DNA of 64,000 nt from Octopus vulgaris (GCA_951406725.2 OX597817.1:49910001-49974000); one strand, 5' to 3'. Positions 1 through 14,200 are shown, numbered from the stretch's first letter. Numbers and translations: made by a program. The notes: generated from the letters alone by a model not told the origin.

Positions 1-2500
1 GCATTTAGTTCAGATTTCAGGACTGCACGAACTCTCCTATAACATTCCTTCCTGATTTTCTCTTTCATGCTTGCATGCTGAATACCAGAGCCTTCATTTA
101 TCCCTAAATATTTGTATGTTTGTTCTTGCTCAAGCTCTCTTATGACTGTGTCAACATCTAACACGACTGAATTTGTGGTCTTCACTTTCCCTTTCTGGAA
201 AGTGGCCTTGGCACACTTCTCAAGTCCAAACTCCATCCCGATGTCATCGCTGAATGCTTTCACAGTGCGCAGTAGGCCTTCAAGTTCATTATTGTCTTTA
301 CCATAGAGTTTTAAGTCATCCATATAAAATAGATGGCTTATTTTTTTATTGGCAATTTTATACCCATACCCTGTTCTGTTTAATTCACTTGCAAGGGGTA
401 TTAGGGCTATGCAGAATATTAAAGGTGAAAGTGAGTCACCTTGAAAAATTCCACAGTTGATGTTTATATTTTCTGAGGCAAGTACTCCATTAGAGTGGTA
501 TAATAGAGATTCGTATTCCACAACGACATATTGTGCTTCAAGAAGTTTGAAATCACAGGGGAAATTTTGAAGATGTCCAGCGATCTCAAGATCCATGGAT
601 GCGGTATACTGTCGAAGGCCTTTATATAGTCAATCCATGCGGAGCTGAGATTTCTGCGCTTGTTGTGACAGTTCTCAAGGATCATACGATTAATTAGCAG
701 TTGATCTTTGCATCCGTAAGAGCCTCGGCGGCACCCTTTTTGTTCAATGGGGAAAATATCGTTCTTCTCCATGAATGCATATGTTTTCTCCGCCAGGATA
801 GATGTTAGGATTTTATACGTGGTAGATAGACAGGTTATAGGCCGATAGTTTTTTGGAAGGTTGGTTTCGTTATTATTTGGGAGTAGGTAAGTAATGCCAC
901 TTGCTAACCATTCAGGTGTTTTCTTTGGGTCTCTCATAATTCCATTGAGCAGCTGAACTAGCTTACCGTGTGCGCATGGGAGCGATGCGAGCCAGAAATT
1001 CGGCACCCTATCTTTACCGGGGGATTTCCAATTATGGGCCTTCGTGAGTGCCTTTCTTAGGTCTGCTATTGTGATGTCTTCCCATGCTTGTTGATGTAAA
1101 TTTTGGTAGGATCCTTCAGTTTGTATAATCCAGTCTGCATTTATGTTGTACGTCTTCTTGTCACTCCAAATCCTTTTCCAAAAGTTTTGAACTTCTTCCA
1201 TGGGAGGGGGGTCTTTAACGGTTACTTTCTCCTTCCCTATTTCTCTGTAGAATTTTTTGGCATTGGATGTGAACAGCTTATTTTGCTTGTAAAACTTGTT
1301 TCTCTTCTCAAATCTTCGTATTTTTTTGGGCTTTTGCTTGGACTTTTTGTTTCAGCGTTTCTTTTATTGATATCAGTTCTTCTCTTGGTGAGGATCCAAA
1401 TTTTCTCTTCATCTTTCTTCCTGTTCTGGATCTTACATCATTTCCACATATTAGTTCATTTAATATTGATATTTCCCCTCTCATAAATTCAATCTCTTTT
1501 TCAATTTTACTCCTCCAGGTTTGATTTCTTCCCAGGTTTGGTTTTCTTTGTTTTTTTCGGGGGCATACAGCTGGTTTCAATTGCCCTAGCAGAAGCGTAA
1601 ATAATTTCATTTAACTCAGTAAAATCAGGTTTTAATTCTTGTATTATTTCATTTGTTACATAGTTGCCAATTTGGATTTGTTTTTTATTTTGGCTTGGAT
1701 TTGAGAGTTTATGAAGTGGTTCTCTATCATTCATACTTGTATGTCTTACAACTTCAAGCGTATTCAGGATTTTCTGCCTCATTTCTGCCATAGACTCTCT
1801 GTGTTCTTCAGCAAATGCGAGATCTTCAGTTACTGTTGTTTTATCGTTTTCCTGGCTATCTTTAACAGGTACAATAGAATTTCTTGTATCTTCAGGCCTT
1901 TGCGTACTTTGGTCAGATGTCAGTCTTTCAATTAAGCCTCGTGGCGGGCTATACTGTTCATCTGATTCTTCATTTCCTTTGCGTCTTATTTGTATGTCAT
2001 TTTCCGTTGCGTGCTTGATCGCGCTTATTTCACTGTCTGTGAGTCTGTTATTTCTAAGGATATCCCTCCTTACATTTGCTAATTTGTTCTCGTCCAAATA
2101 GGGCCTACTGTCTTGATTCCGTGTTCTCCATATACTGTAAGGGTTTGCGGTGTGTCTCTCTTGAGATGGCCTACCTAATGCATAGTAATAAGCGTATATT
2201 ACTTCTTTATACTCTTCTCGGGTCCATTTGTTCCGCTTACATTTTTCTTTCTGTGGTGGTTGTGGTGGTGAACTTGGAGGGCTCGAGTTGGGGGATTTCC
2301 CGTTCAAGTGACCATCCATGTCCGTATTCGGAGAAGAGTTTGTGCCAGTTGATGACTTTTCGATCCTAGGCTGGCTCTTCCCTGGGGGACCCGCTTCCAG
2401 ATTAACCATAGGACAAGCGATTTGGTATACTGATTTAGTTTCCCTTTTAGTTTCCAAAAACATTTTGGTGCTACGATAATGTTATCATTTTTGAGCTTTG
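1..2500 (-). mobile_element. R4/Dong-clade non-LTR retrotransposon, 5' part (N-terminal domain + RT), frameshifted, runs off window start
   Basis: ORFs 1507-2463, 1308-1610 and 464-1201 carry KWTREEY...LANVRRDI, KSPGKD.VPNFWL, NYRPITCL, EQKGCRRGSYGCKDQLLI and WIDYIKAFDS. A shifted frame continues GIFQGDSLSP...HLFYMDDLKLY (YMDD at 315-326). Confidence 0.9.
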
Positions 2501-3690
2501 ATTGGCTCGTGGGGAGACGGCCATCATTGCCGTTACAATTATAATCGTACCATTATAGCAGCCGTAGTCGGCTTATTATTGTTATTATCATCACCATTAT
2601 TATCACTATCATCATTATCACCACCATTACCATCATCATTATCATCATCACCATCACCATCACCACCATCATCATCAATGATATTGTTTTATGTGTAGTC
2701 ACAGCAGTATCTTATTATTGTTATTTTTGTTTTTTATCATTATCACCATCACAGTAGTGTCTGTCTGTCTCGTTGGCTGGCTTGGTGGTTGGCTGGCTGA
2801 CTGTCTTCAACGCCAGAGTTCTTGCCTGTCAAATAATACTTTCATATTTGGTTAACAATAGAGCCGAGGTGAGGTTTGTGTTGGTTGAACTCTTTGAGTA
2901 TGTGTGTGTGTAGATAGATAGATTATCAGCACTATTACTATCATTATTATCATCATCACCATCATCACCATCACCATCACCATCAGTGATTTTTTTTCTT
3001 CTTTTTATTTTTGTTTTTTGTAGGTGGGGTCCTATCGGTCAAAAAAAGTTCAGATGTTTACTACTATTAGCCTTAAGAAAAATTAAGGAAGGGCTGTTCT
3101 GTATTGTTTGTGAATAGAGAAGTTGTGTTCGACCAGAGAGAATCTTAGCATCATTATTATTTTTTTTTTCCATGTGCGTTTGTGTTATTGCAATAAAAAG
3201 TGTTTGTATATTTCGTGCAAGGCAATATTGTGGAGGTTGAAGTTGACTTTTATAGAGATGTTTGTATGTCCAGTTAGAAGAACAGGTGTGTTTTTGCAAT
3301 AAAAAGTATATGTTTACATTTATATTTGAATATTCAGGGAGGAAGCAAAGAAAAGTCAGATTTTCATAGAAAGTTTCAGGGTCTTGCAAGTCCACAAAAA
3401 GAAAAGCGTGATGCTTTTAGAGAGAAGGAAAAAAAAATGGGTGTTTACAGAGGCAGTTGTGCGTATTAAAGTTTTTAAAGCCGATCGGATGTATGTTTGA
3501 AAGCTGTAGATATGTAAATTTGTAAATTTCTTTACTTATTTTGAAGAGAATTTCAAATACTCACGAGGTATTGTAGATGTTCCAGCCTTTGAGAGTTATT
3601 TTTCCCCGTTGCCAAACTGGCTCATAGTGTTTCTATTTCTATGGCTTTCGGCTACTGAATTGTCAGAGCAGTGAGGAATACGTCCAGCCG

Positions 3691-3691
3691 C

Positions 3692-3768
<77 letters not shown>
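3691..3768. repeat. (TTA)n microsatellite
   Basis: Pure tta tandem run. Confidence 0.95.
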
Positions 3769-4475
3769 TGTATTTGTAATATGAATTCATACACCCAACC
3801 TTTTTCTCTACCCTCTCCTTACTGCAGCCCTATCATACCTCCCCTACTCACATATCTCACTCTTATTCACTCCTTAACTTCCCATCTCCTTCTATCCACC
3901 TCTCCTCCACTCCTCCCCATCCTCCCCTCACATTATCTTGACCATCAACTAACACGTCTTTTCTCACTTTTTCACCCTTTCTTCACTTTTTTCACTCTTT
4001 TTACTTTTCCCTTTTAGTTTTTGTTCTTTCTCTCTTTTTCTATTTTTTATTTATTTTGTCCTTTTCTTTTTTTTTCTCTTTCTTCCTCTCATTTTCTCTT
4101 CCTGTCTTTATTTCGATCTATCTCCTCATTCTAATCATACACATCTCCCCTTCTATCCACAAATATTACCTATACATTCTCAAATTTTCATTCAAACAAC
4201 AAACCCCTTTGAATGAGCACCACAGAATCCACGGCTCCATACTTTGAAATGACTAAACATGAACTACTATTGGAACTTACAAACCATGTATAGGAAACTT
4301 ATTTACCACTTCTATACACCACTTTCTTCGAATAATGGAACTGCAACTACAATATTTTGTATTTTATTTCTACTTCCATTCTCTTATTTCCCTCTATATT
4401 CCCTGTCTCCTCCTTTTCCGTAATAATTCCTTATTTCTAACTCAAATATTCTCCTCTATTTAACCACCTCACATC

Positions 4476-4523
4476 GTCTCTGATGAAGGGATATCCATTA
4501 TATCCCAGAAACAGCTGTAAGAC
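4476..4523 (+). ncRNA. Type I hammerhead ribozyme motif (PLE-type)
   Basis: gtct-CTGATGA-a-GGGATAT ccatt ATATCCC-a-GAA-ACAGCTGT-A-agac: stem I gtct/agac, 7-bp stem II, palindromic stem III, GUA cleavage triplet. Confidence 0.8.
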
Positions 4524-4594
4524 TATATCTATATCTTTTTCCTTATAAATGTCCTGAAAACTCCTCACAGCCTTGACTTTGTTATCTCATTTTG

Positions 4595-4650
<56 letters not shown>

Positions 4651-4709
4651 TGGCACGCCGTCGGTTACAAGAGTTCCAGTTAATCCGACTAACGGAACAG
4701 CCTACTCAT

Positions 4710-5880
4710 AAAATTAGCGTGCAAGTGGCTGAGTTCCTGTTGAACTGCATACTTTAAGTCCTCAGCCATGTCCTCACGATTTTTCATCCAAAGGTGTAAG
4801 GGACTGCCAAGTTGACACATGTTCAGTATAATTGCAAAAATGTTACGGAGTTTCCTTGGAGAATCTGACACTGATGCTTCAGTCAATGCAGGGTCCCAAT
4901 GCTCACCAATTTCTAAAGAAAACCTTGTTGATAGCGTGCTTCCCTATAAGTTTCATACACATGACCATTTACCCTCCTCGAATCTTAAAATGATTTGGGA
5001 CCAAGTACTTCATGCAAAAAGAGCCGTAAGTAATAGCGTTCTGCTTGGCTTGGGCGAGGACACTGTAAACTCTTGCAAGAGCGTCAGCCCCATGTTTGAA
5101 TTTGTACCATTTATTGTTTCTCCAAGTGTAATACTTTTGTAATTGTTGGTAAAGGAATTTTCTTCATCTTCATCTACTTGACATAACTTAAAAAAAGTAG
5201 TAAGGGTAGCTTCTTTTAGAGAAAGTGCTTGTTCCAAGGCTGTTTGTTCTGTAAAGATAACCTTGTGGCCATTCTCTAGATGGACGCTCAGATGAATGAT
5301 GGCTGGCTGCCTCCCATGAAGTAGAAAATTGAAGATGCGCCAAAAAGCCTCATTGGTATTGATGGCAGAAACGTTAGCATGCCGGGCGAAATGCTTAGCG
5401 GTATTTCATCTGCCGTTACGTTGTGAGTTCAAATTCCGCCGAGGTCGACTTTGCCTTTCATCCTCTCGGGGTCGATAAATTAAGTACCAGTTACGCACTG
5501 GGGTCGATGTAATCGACTTAATACCTATGTCTGTCCTTGTTTGTCCCCTGTATGTTTAGCCCCTTGTGGGTAATAAAGAAATAGGTATTGATGTATTTTC
5601 TTCTGTCATACTGTGCATCTTCGTCATTTTTATTTATCAGCTGACTGCCATTTTGCATTAGAGTGTACGTTGTAACATCTAAACCTTTGTTTATATATTT
5701 GCAAACATACTTGATAGAGTTAACAGAGTTGCAGAACTCAGCATTGACTCTGGCTACCTCTTTGCTTCACTGTAGAATACTGATCATCTACATCTGCTCC
5801 GTCTCCTCCCGTAGAGAGTGAGAACATTGGTCTCGGAATTTGTTTTCGAAAATTAAAATGGAGATTAAATGAAAAAACGA
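4710..5880 (-). mobile_element. Helitron Rep/helicase remnant, split by a SINE
   Basis: Minus-strand translation gives NSIKYVCKYINKG, KYINTNEAFWRIFNF..H...VHLENG and PRKLRNIFAIIL..C....LW....EDMAED, all typical Helitron RepHel motifs, with stops and frameshifts. Confidence 0.8.
5363..5583 (+). mobile_element. SINE family A copy (tRNA-like head) with 10-bp TSD ggtattgatg
   Basis: Matches repeats at 15.7k, 33.4k, 40.7k and 57.4k. TSD at 5355-5364 and 5584-5593. Confidence 0.85.
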
Positions 5881-5932
5881 ACTTCGTGTGATTATATTTA
5901 CAAGAGTAATTGAAATAAATGGCGATTGTAGA

Positions 5933-6077
<145 letters not shown>

Positions 6078-7095
6078 AGAGAATGAAACACCAGATGAAA
6101 TGGACGTGTGAAGTAGGGAGAAAAAAGAGAGAGAAGGGTATGTTGTCATGTATACGTATATACATAAACGAATATGTATACACCTTTTTTGTATGTATGT
6201 GTGTATGTGAGAGAGAGAGAGAGAAAAAGAAAGAGAGAGAGAGAGAGTGAGTTCTACTTAGACATCACTCTCCCTGTCTTTCTCTCTTTCTCACACACAC
6301 GCACACATACAAAAATGGTGTATGCCTATGTATTTATACACGTACATACACATGACAACACACCCTTTGACTGACTCTCTCTCCCTCTCTCAATCTCACA
6401 AACACACACACATACAAAAATGTATACAAACCTACATACGAAAACACATATGTACGTGCGTGACTGACTTGTATGTGAGAGAGAGAGAGAAAGAGAAAGA
6501 GAGAGAGGGGGAGAGAGAATATTGCAAACAATAAATGAAATAAACATGAAATGGAAAAATCGTATGAATAGAAGCTCGTTAATAACTACCTTGTACCGAA
6601 TGTTTAAATGTGTGAACTTAGTAAATATTTCCTTCAGTAATTTATCGTGATCGTTTGCAAAGAGCGAATTAAAACTTGAAATGTAAACATTAAAATAGAG
6701 AAAGAGACGTTTTGCAAATGAAAACGGAAAATTGCGCCGTTGCTGCGTCAATACCAGAAGCTGTTATTGTGAATATTATTTATTTTTAATAAAAGAAATA
6801 AACTGAAGACCCTGTTATATATCCGCGGTCAAATTATTCATGCATCTCAAGTTTGGAAGCAATTCACGCAGCTGTTTTCGTGTGAAAAGCGAATACACAC
6901 ACATGAGTCTATTTAATGCAAGATATTTATATTATGTGTGGGTGTATGTATGTATGTATAAACGTACATACATACACAGCTGTTTGTATGTATAGGTGCA
7001 GGCTACTAAACGATTTAAACAAAATCCGGATTTGATACCGATGCGTGCGTGGTATCTTGGGCAGGTCTCATTTTCCATAATCCCCCAACGGCTCT

Positions 7096-7164
<69 letters not shown>

Positions 7165-7167
<3 letters not shown>

Positions 7168-7335
7168 TCATTTTTTATTCTCTCTCTGTTTATTTCCTCG
7201 TCTTCCTTTCTGTTGAAGAGCGTAGGCTCGAAACTTAAAAGAATTTCTCACCTTCCGAGCGTTAAACTAATACACCTGTTTGTTGTTTATACACCTGTCT
7301 TCATTTTTTGTTTTTCTGTAAATTTCAGCTATTTA
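7165..7335 (+). repeat. Short (TA)n-embedded repeat with degenerate hammerhead (copies also at ~17253-17370, 24785-24910, 43500-43670)
   Basis: Shared ctttctgt(t/c)gaagagcgtaggctcgaaac...aaag followed by a similar tail in four places. Confidence 0.7.
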
Positions 7336-7610
7336 TATATATATATATATAATTTTTTTACCTTTTCATTTATGTCAGTCATTAGACTGCGGCCATGCTG
7401 GGGCACCGCCTTAAAGTATTTTCAGTCGAATGTACTGACCCCAGCACTTATTTATTTTATGTAAAACCTGGTACTTATTTCATCGGTCACTTTTGCTGAG
7501 CTGAGAAGTTACAGGGGCGTAAACGCATGAGCACCGGCCATCAATCGGTAGGGGTGGGCTGGGGCAAACAGACACAAGGATACACACACACGTAGAGACA
7601 CTCACACACG

Positions 7611-7647
<37 letters not shown>

Positions 7648-7937
7648 GTATATATATATATTGTCTTTCTATACGAAACGATCGCATAGCGAAATGAATA
7701 AAAAGTATTAACATCTAATTTACATCAATAAATTCAAAGTAAAGTATAAGAATCAACGTATCAACGTTAGAAATCTATTCAGAACTACTCGAATTAAAGA
7801 ACGAATCCATATTCAACACTTTTTAATTAAATATATATATATGTTTCTTTGTTACCTACAAGGGGCTAAACATAGAGGGAACAAACAAGGACAGACAAAC
7901 GAATGAAATCGATTATATCGACCCCAGTGCGTAACAG

Positions 7938-7999
7938 GTACTTACTAAGCTCGACGTTGCTTAACTTCGGTGATCGGACGAGAACCGGTGCTTTCAACG
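7938..7999 (-). pseudogene. 5S rRNA fragment (about nt 16-78) fused to a SINE-A tail (7842-7941)
   Basis: Reverse complement cgttgaaagcaccggttctcgtccgatcaccgaagttaagcaacgtcgagc..agtac matches metazoan/molluscan 5S rRNA as I recall it. Confidence 0.85.
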
Positions 8000-8193
8000 G
8001 AAAACAGGGGCGACAAATTTCATTGATATCTGAAAAAATACTAAGTTTGCAACATTTTTCTAGTAGAGAGTTAGGAGAGGTAATATTGTATGGGAGAGTG
8101 AGTTCAATATGTATTTCGGTTCCGAACCATATGAAGTACCTGTTATGGTTAAGTTACTTGATTATTATTAATACTATATTCTATACACACACT

Positions 8194-8262
<69 letters not shown>

Positions 8263-8269
8263 GTTTCTT

Positions 8270-8556
8270 CCATCTCGGGCCACGCCTGGCTCATAGGGCC
8301 GGTTTCCTTGGCGTATAGATTCCCCACCTGAACGGGACGTCGGTCCGTCGCAGGTGAGCTGCAAGGTGCAGGAAGAAAGAGTGAGAGAAAGTTGTGGCGA
8401 AAGAGTCAGCAAAAGTTCACCATTACCTTCTGCCGGAGCCGCGTGGAGATTAAGTTTTTCGCTCATAAACACACACACATCGCCCGGTCTGAGATTCGAA
8501 CCTGCGATCCCTCGACTGCGAGTTCGCTGCTCTAACCACTTGGCCATGTGCCTCCA
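8270..8556 (-). mobile_element. tRNA-derived SINE (family C-type head, alternative tail)
   Basis: Head ggaggcacatggccaagtggttagagc...ggttcgaatctc contains A and B boxes. Confidence 0.75.
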
Positions 8557-9297
8557 AGTTACTTGATACAGTTATAATATTTAGAGACAGATTTTTTCAA
8601 AATGTTTATTTTGGAAATTACTTTTGAAAATAATTATAAAATTCAGAGGAATATTTTTTTCCAAATGTTAGGATTAAGAAAAGAACTTTTTTAGAGAGTA
8701 GAATGGTACTAATCCTAAGGAAGAAATTTCATAAATTGTGTGAAAACTTATAAATTCGAAGCGCTTTCAGTTTTCAGAGTTATAAAGCACGTACTGATAG
8801 AAGATGTAGATGTTTAATTTTGGGTTGATTCCAGGACAATGGAGATAGATAGATAAATAGGTAGATAGATAAACGGATATACAGATAGATAGGTAGAGAG
8901 AGGGAGTGGAATGTTTTTTTTTTACCATTGTATAGCTACTGACATGAAACATGAATTCAAGGATGGTGACCTCTTTTAGGATGGGGAATTTATGAAAAAA
9001 AGGATGGGGTACAGTCATCACTAAATGTTTTTTTCCTTAAGGTGCCAAGCAAAATAAATAAATAAATAAATAAAGCGAAAATGATAGTTTTCTGTATGCT
9101 GGTCAGTATGTTGGCCACAGGAATTTCTGTTAAAGAAACATGGTTTAGCAAAGTTGTACATCCCTTTCTTTCTCTCATACCCACACTTTTTCGCTCTCTT
9201 ATTATTACTCCTACCTGCCCCCACCAACATTACAACTTTTAATAAAAATTCATCAACTCTCCCTAAATTTCTTTGTCTCTCTTTTTCTTTCTTTCAT

Positions 9298-9338
<41 letters not shown>

Positions 9339-9458
9339 TCGCCACCTCCCTCACCATCTCTATGCCTTCCATATCTCACATCCCATCACGAGGAATAGTA
9401 GGAGTGTCATTGAATAGTGAGAGAGGGGACACACTAGCACACAGAAATTAGTTTTCAC

Positions 9459-9519
<61 letters not shown>

Positions 9520-9831
9520 ATGTATATAACTATATATACATGGAAATAGATGCGTAGCTTTCAATGAAATAATGATATAAATATTATATATATATATAGG
9601 GGTACAGAAATCACCAACAATAAACAACATGGTCGTTCAATGCTCGAAATGAGGGGTAGATAGACAGCCGACAACTGATGAAGGGTCGTTCTTTGTGTTA
9701 CTTGTCCTGTTTTCCATTTCCTTCTCTCCTTGTTTGCGTACCGAAGTCATTTGTTTTCGTATTTCATGTTGTTGTTTACTCTTGGTAACGTCCTGTACCC
9801 ATATATGCATATGTATATATATATATATATA

Positions 9832-9869
<38 letters not shown>

Positions 9870-10349
9870 ATTTATATATATATGTATATATATATATTTA
9901 TATATACATGTAAATATATATATATTTATGTATACAAATTGAGATAGGGGTTGTAAATGCAACCCTCCATGGGATAACATATATCCAATATACTGCTAGT
10001 GAAGTACCCAACAAAGTTAATACAAAAATGTTAAGAATTGCGATGCAATTAATTCATTTACTGTACTATATGGGCAAAGGTAAAATGTTTTACCTCAAAT
10101 TCATAATACAAAATAAGAAAATGGAGAAATACATCGAAATCAAATATCAATTACCAGTTAATACCCAATCACATACTTTATTAAACCACTTGACCTTAAA
10201 GTTTCTTATGTGGTGGTTTAATAAAGTATGTGATTGGGTATTATCTAGTAGTTGGTATTTGATTTGGATGTATTTCTCCATTTTCTTATTTTGTATATTT
10301 ATATATATATATATATATGTATATATATTTATATATATGTATATATATG

Positions 10350-10420
<71 letters not shown>

Positions 10421-11334
10421 TACATGTATATAATATAAAGAAAATGGTGAGTGTGAACACAGAAATCAATTTATTTACATAATAGTGAATTTCATTTCGC
10501 CTAAATAAATTGATTTCTGTCTTCATACTGTCAATTTTCTTCATATTATATTATTAAAACACCTAGGTTCGTTCAATGTCGCCATCTATCAAGAATCTCA
10601 GTCATCGATGTTTCGAATTTTTTGACTTTTGTCAATTGGATGTACCCAGGAGAAACAACGCTGAACGACCTAAATAAAGTTTGTAGCTTCGTATATAATT
10701 CAGTCAACACGTTGACTGATTTGCATTAGTGGGTCGAGATAAATAACGAATTATTAGCACAAACACTGCAATCTTTCTGTTTTATTAGTTAGTGAAGCAA
10801 CTCTATGTTTTATTGGATTTATTTAACTGTATTTTTACTTTCAATTTCAGCTATAGAGTCCTCCGTGTGCTTTCAAGTAAAGTTTTTGGTACCTGTATAT
10901 AGCTATTGCAATTTATCTGAATCACATTTGATTTAGAAATTTGAGCATCGCTTCATTATATTCGATTATTTCTTTGTCAAAGAAGAAAAAGGAAACGATA
11001 CAATTCTTTGATAAACAGAACGATAGCAAAACTTGTTGAATACAAGGAGACCTGGAAAGTTACAAATGAAGTAATTTATATTAAGATTTATGCAGCGATT
11101 AATAAAAACAATCTGAATATGTTCATGATGCCGATGAAAATACCCATTCCAGCGGGAATCAATTATAGCCACAGGTTTTTCATAAACCGTTGCTATATGT
11201 GCAATTTATAGGGGAGAGTTGTTCAAATCCTCCCTATTTCATACATACATACACACATACATACATACATGCATGCATACATACATAATACACACACACA
11301 CACACATATATATATATATCTTTTTCTCTTTTTT

Positions 11335-11735
11335 CTCTTTTACTTGTTTCAGTCATTTGACTGCGGCCATGCTGGAGCACCGCCTTTAATCGGGCAACTC
11401 GACCCCGGGACTTATTCTTTTGTAAGCCCAGTACTTATTCTATCGGTCTCTTTTGCCGAACCGCTAAGTAAGGGGGACATAAACACACCAGCATCGGTTG
11501 TCAAGCAATGCTAGGGGGACAAACACAGACACACAAACACACACACGCATATATATATATATATACATATGTACGACGGGCTTCTTTCAGTTTCCGTCTA
11601 CCAAATCCTCTCACAAGGCTTTGGTCGGCCCGAGGCTATAGTAGAAGACACTTGCCCAAGATGCCACGCAGTGGGACTGAACCCGGAACCATGTGGTTGG
11701 TAAACAAGCTACTTACCACACAGCCACTCCTGCCC
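11335..11735 (-). mobile_element. SINE family B, full-length
   Basis: Head gagtggctgtgtggtaag...gggttcagtccc, internal microsatellite, tail ..gactgaaacaagtaaaaga. Many copies in window. Confidence 0.85.
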
Positions 11736-11837
11736 CACATATACATACATACATACATGTATGTATGTATGTATGTATGTATGTATGTATGTATGTATGT
11801 ATGTATGTATGTATGTGTGTGTGTGTGCATGTGTGTG

Positions 11838-12075
11838 TGGAGGCGCGTGGCTTAGTGGTTAGGGTACTGGATTCATAGTCGCAAGATTGTTGTTTCGATT
11901 CCTGGACCGGGCGATGTGTTGTGTTCCTGAGTAAAATATCGATGCTCCTGTTCACTCAGCTGGTAAAAATGAGTTACCCTGCGATGGACTGGCATCCTGT
12001 CCAGATTGGGGAATTTCTATGCCACTGAAACTGGGAAACCGGGTATTATGAGCCTGGCATGGCTCGAGAAGGAAA
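11838..12075 (+). mobile_element. tRNA-derived SINE (C-type head, gcgatggactggcatcc tail); second copy at 16449-16690
   Basis: tRNA-like A/B boxes; two similar copies. Confidence 0.75.
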
Positions 12076-12299
12076 CATATATATGTATATGTGTGTATGT
12101 GTATATATATGTATATATATGTGTATATATACATATATATATGTATATATATATATATACACACACGAATGCATGTACGTATCTATATATATACATGTAT
12201 ATTTGTATGTATGCACACTTTTTCTCTTTAATTTAGAGTTAATTTTGACCAGCCGCCTATTTGGTAGCAAGGTTGTGAAAGAAAGCATTCGTTTTGTTC

Positions 12300-13620
12300 A
12301 TCAGCCTTTAAATCTTAAGAAGATCTTGCAATTTTTTTTACAGTCCCAGATGTTATTGATCATTTGTATTGAATGAATTAAGGAGTTCCGTACCTTCTCC
12401 AAGAACCCGAGTTCAGCCATACTTTGCTCTAGAGGGGTTGGTACGTATCCTGTTGCTCCAATGACAATATGTATAAAACTGAGTATGTATCTTGGGTACT
12501 AGATATGCAAACTCCATAAATATCATCAGTTGGTGCTTTCTTTTTTGTTATCCTGTTCCAGAAGGTAGCTGATTTCCACAAGACAGTATATCTTTTCCTT
12601 GTAGACCAACACAAAAATACCTAGCAGGTTGTGATTTAACTTGGCGGCTGTTCTAATTATTGGGTTGTCCGGAAAGTTCGTGCTGATTTTTAAAAGAAAG
12701 AAAAAAGTCAATAAATACTTGCCATTACATTTTTGATTAACCAAATATGAACCATTTTGTTACACAATGCATCTCCATCTTTCCTTTAACTTGAAAATAC
12801 CCTCTTCCCAGAATTGAAGTGGTTTCATTGCAAAGAATTCAACAAGGTATCTTTTTACGTCATCCAAGGAATCGAAATTTTTACCATTAAGACTATTCTG
12901 CAGAGACCTGAATAAGTGGAAATCCGAGGGAGCAATATCTGGTGAATATGGAGGGTGGGGTAACCCATCCCAGCCGAGCTGCAGCAAATTTTTTCTGGTT
13001 CCCAAACGAACAAGTGCCGAAAATGAACTTTCTTATCTTCCATTTTAAAGGGTTACAGAATTAACACAGGTTATAGGAACATAAACCTTCTTCCACGAAA
13101 AGATAGCTTAAACTGTGCTCTAAATGGAGGTGTAGTCAAATCCTATTTTATGGACTCAACCATGTTCTAAAATATGTCAAAATGTAAGCTACTATAAATC
13201 GGCACGAACTTTCCGGACAACCTAATATTATGTTCCACAATTATTCTTTGTACCCATTATCGTCAATATCGTCAGTTGGTGCTTTCTTTTTTTGCTATCC
13301 TGTTCCAGACTGTTCTGGCCACCACATCATCCTTCATGGGAAGATAACATTTCGAAGACATTTTCTCGCAACTGGAAATAACGTGGCTGAATGTCATCAA
13401 TCTTGGTTTTGTACATCCTACATTTGTTGTCTGTCATTGTTTTCTGTCTTTTATGCTACAGGTACTTGGTAGGCACCCCTTGTTCTTGAATTGCATGGAA
13501 GTAGGCATCGAAGTGGGATGTCATAGACTTGTCGGTACTCCATGCCAAGCCTTGAAATGATCAGCCCCTTCTGTGGTTTATGCTTTTCTTGACATGCACC
13601 TATGTACTACCTTCTCAGAG
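12300..13620 (-). mobile_element. Decayed R4-clade LINE 3' part (CCHC + REL endonuclease region) interrupted by a mariner
   Basis: Translates to AIQEQGVPTKYL..NKCRM....HVISSCEKM..YLPMKDDVVA and IVIGATGYVP; homologous to 54100-54690. Confidence 0.7.
12660..13225 (-). mobile_element. Internally deleted mariner with both TIRs and TA TSD
   Basis: TIR ttgggttgtccggaaagttcgtgctgattt / aaatcggcacgaactttccggacaacctaa flanked by TA. ORF 12760-13005 has HPPYSPDIAPSDFHLFRSL. Confidence 0.92.
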
Positions 13621-13704
13621 AACTGGTCCATTTTTGTATGTATGTATGTATGTATGTATGTATGTATGTATGTATGTATGTATGTTTGTATGGATGTGTA
13701 TATT

Positions 13705-13844
<140 letters not shown>

Positions 13845-14087
13845 TTCAAGACCTTTCATCGGATCTCCAGGAATCGAACTTTCTTCAATGCAGTTAAACT
13901 CACACCCTCATTTGTATCTTCACTCTCTGGAAAACTAGGATGTTTTGAAAAAACTTTTTAATAACCTGTATAATACTAATTGAACTCTTAAAAAACCAAT
14001 ATGCTATCTAAATTCTCATTTTTATAGAATTTTCCATGATGTTTCATAAGTGTAACATTACCGCGTTTGGGAATCTCTGATGTTTTT

Positions 14088-14172
14088 TCGGCTGATGAGT
14101 GCGAGCCACCTATATTTACTGCAATTTTTGTAGCTTTATTAAAGATCTCCTCGTACGAAACAATTGTACCGA
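14088..14172 (+). ncRNA. Type I hammerhead ribozyme motif, canonical core
   Basis: tcgg-CTGATGA-GTGCGAG-(44 nt)-CTCGTAC-GAA-ACAATTGT-A-ccga. Confidence 0.8.
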
Positions 14173-14200
14173 TATATTGATCCATTCTTGTTGCTTTTTT

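Noticed and set aside
2820-3690. Possible Penelope N-terminal coding remnant on minus strand
   Set aside because: Only vague similarity, no diagnostic motif.
9630-9692. CTGATGA with upstream GAAA (permuted hammerhead?)
   Set aside because: Stems I and III and the UH site cannot be formed convincingly.
10850-11170. Possible host exon (polypyrimidine-AG signals on both strands)
   Set aside because: Frames short with stops; no recognisable protein.
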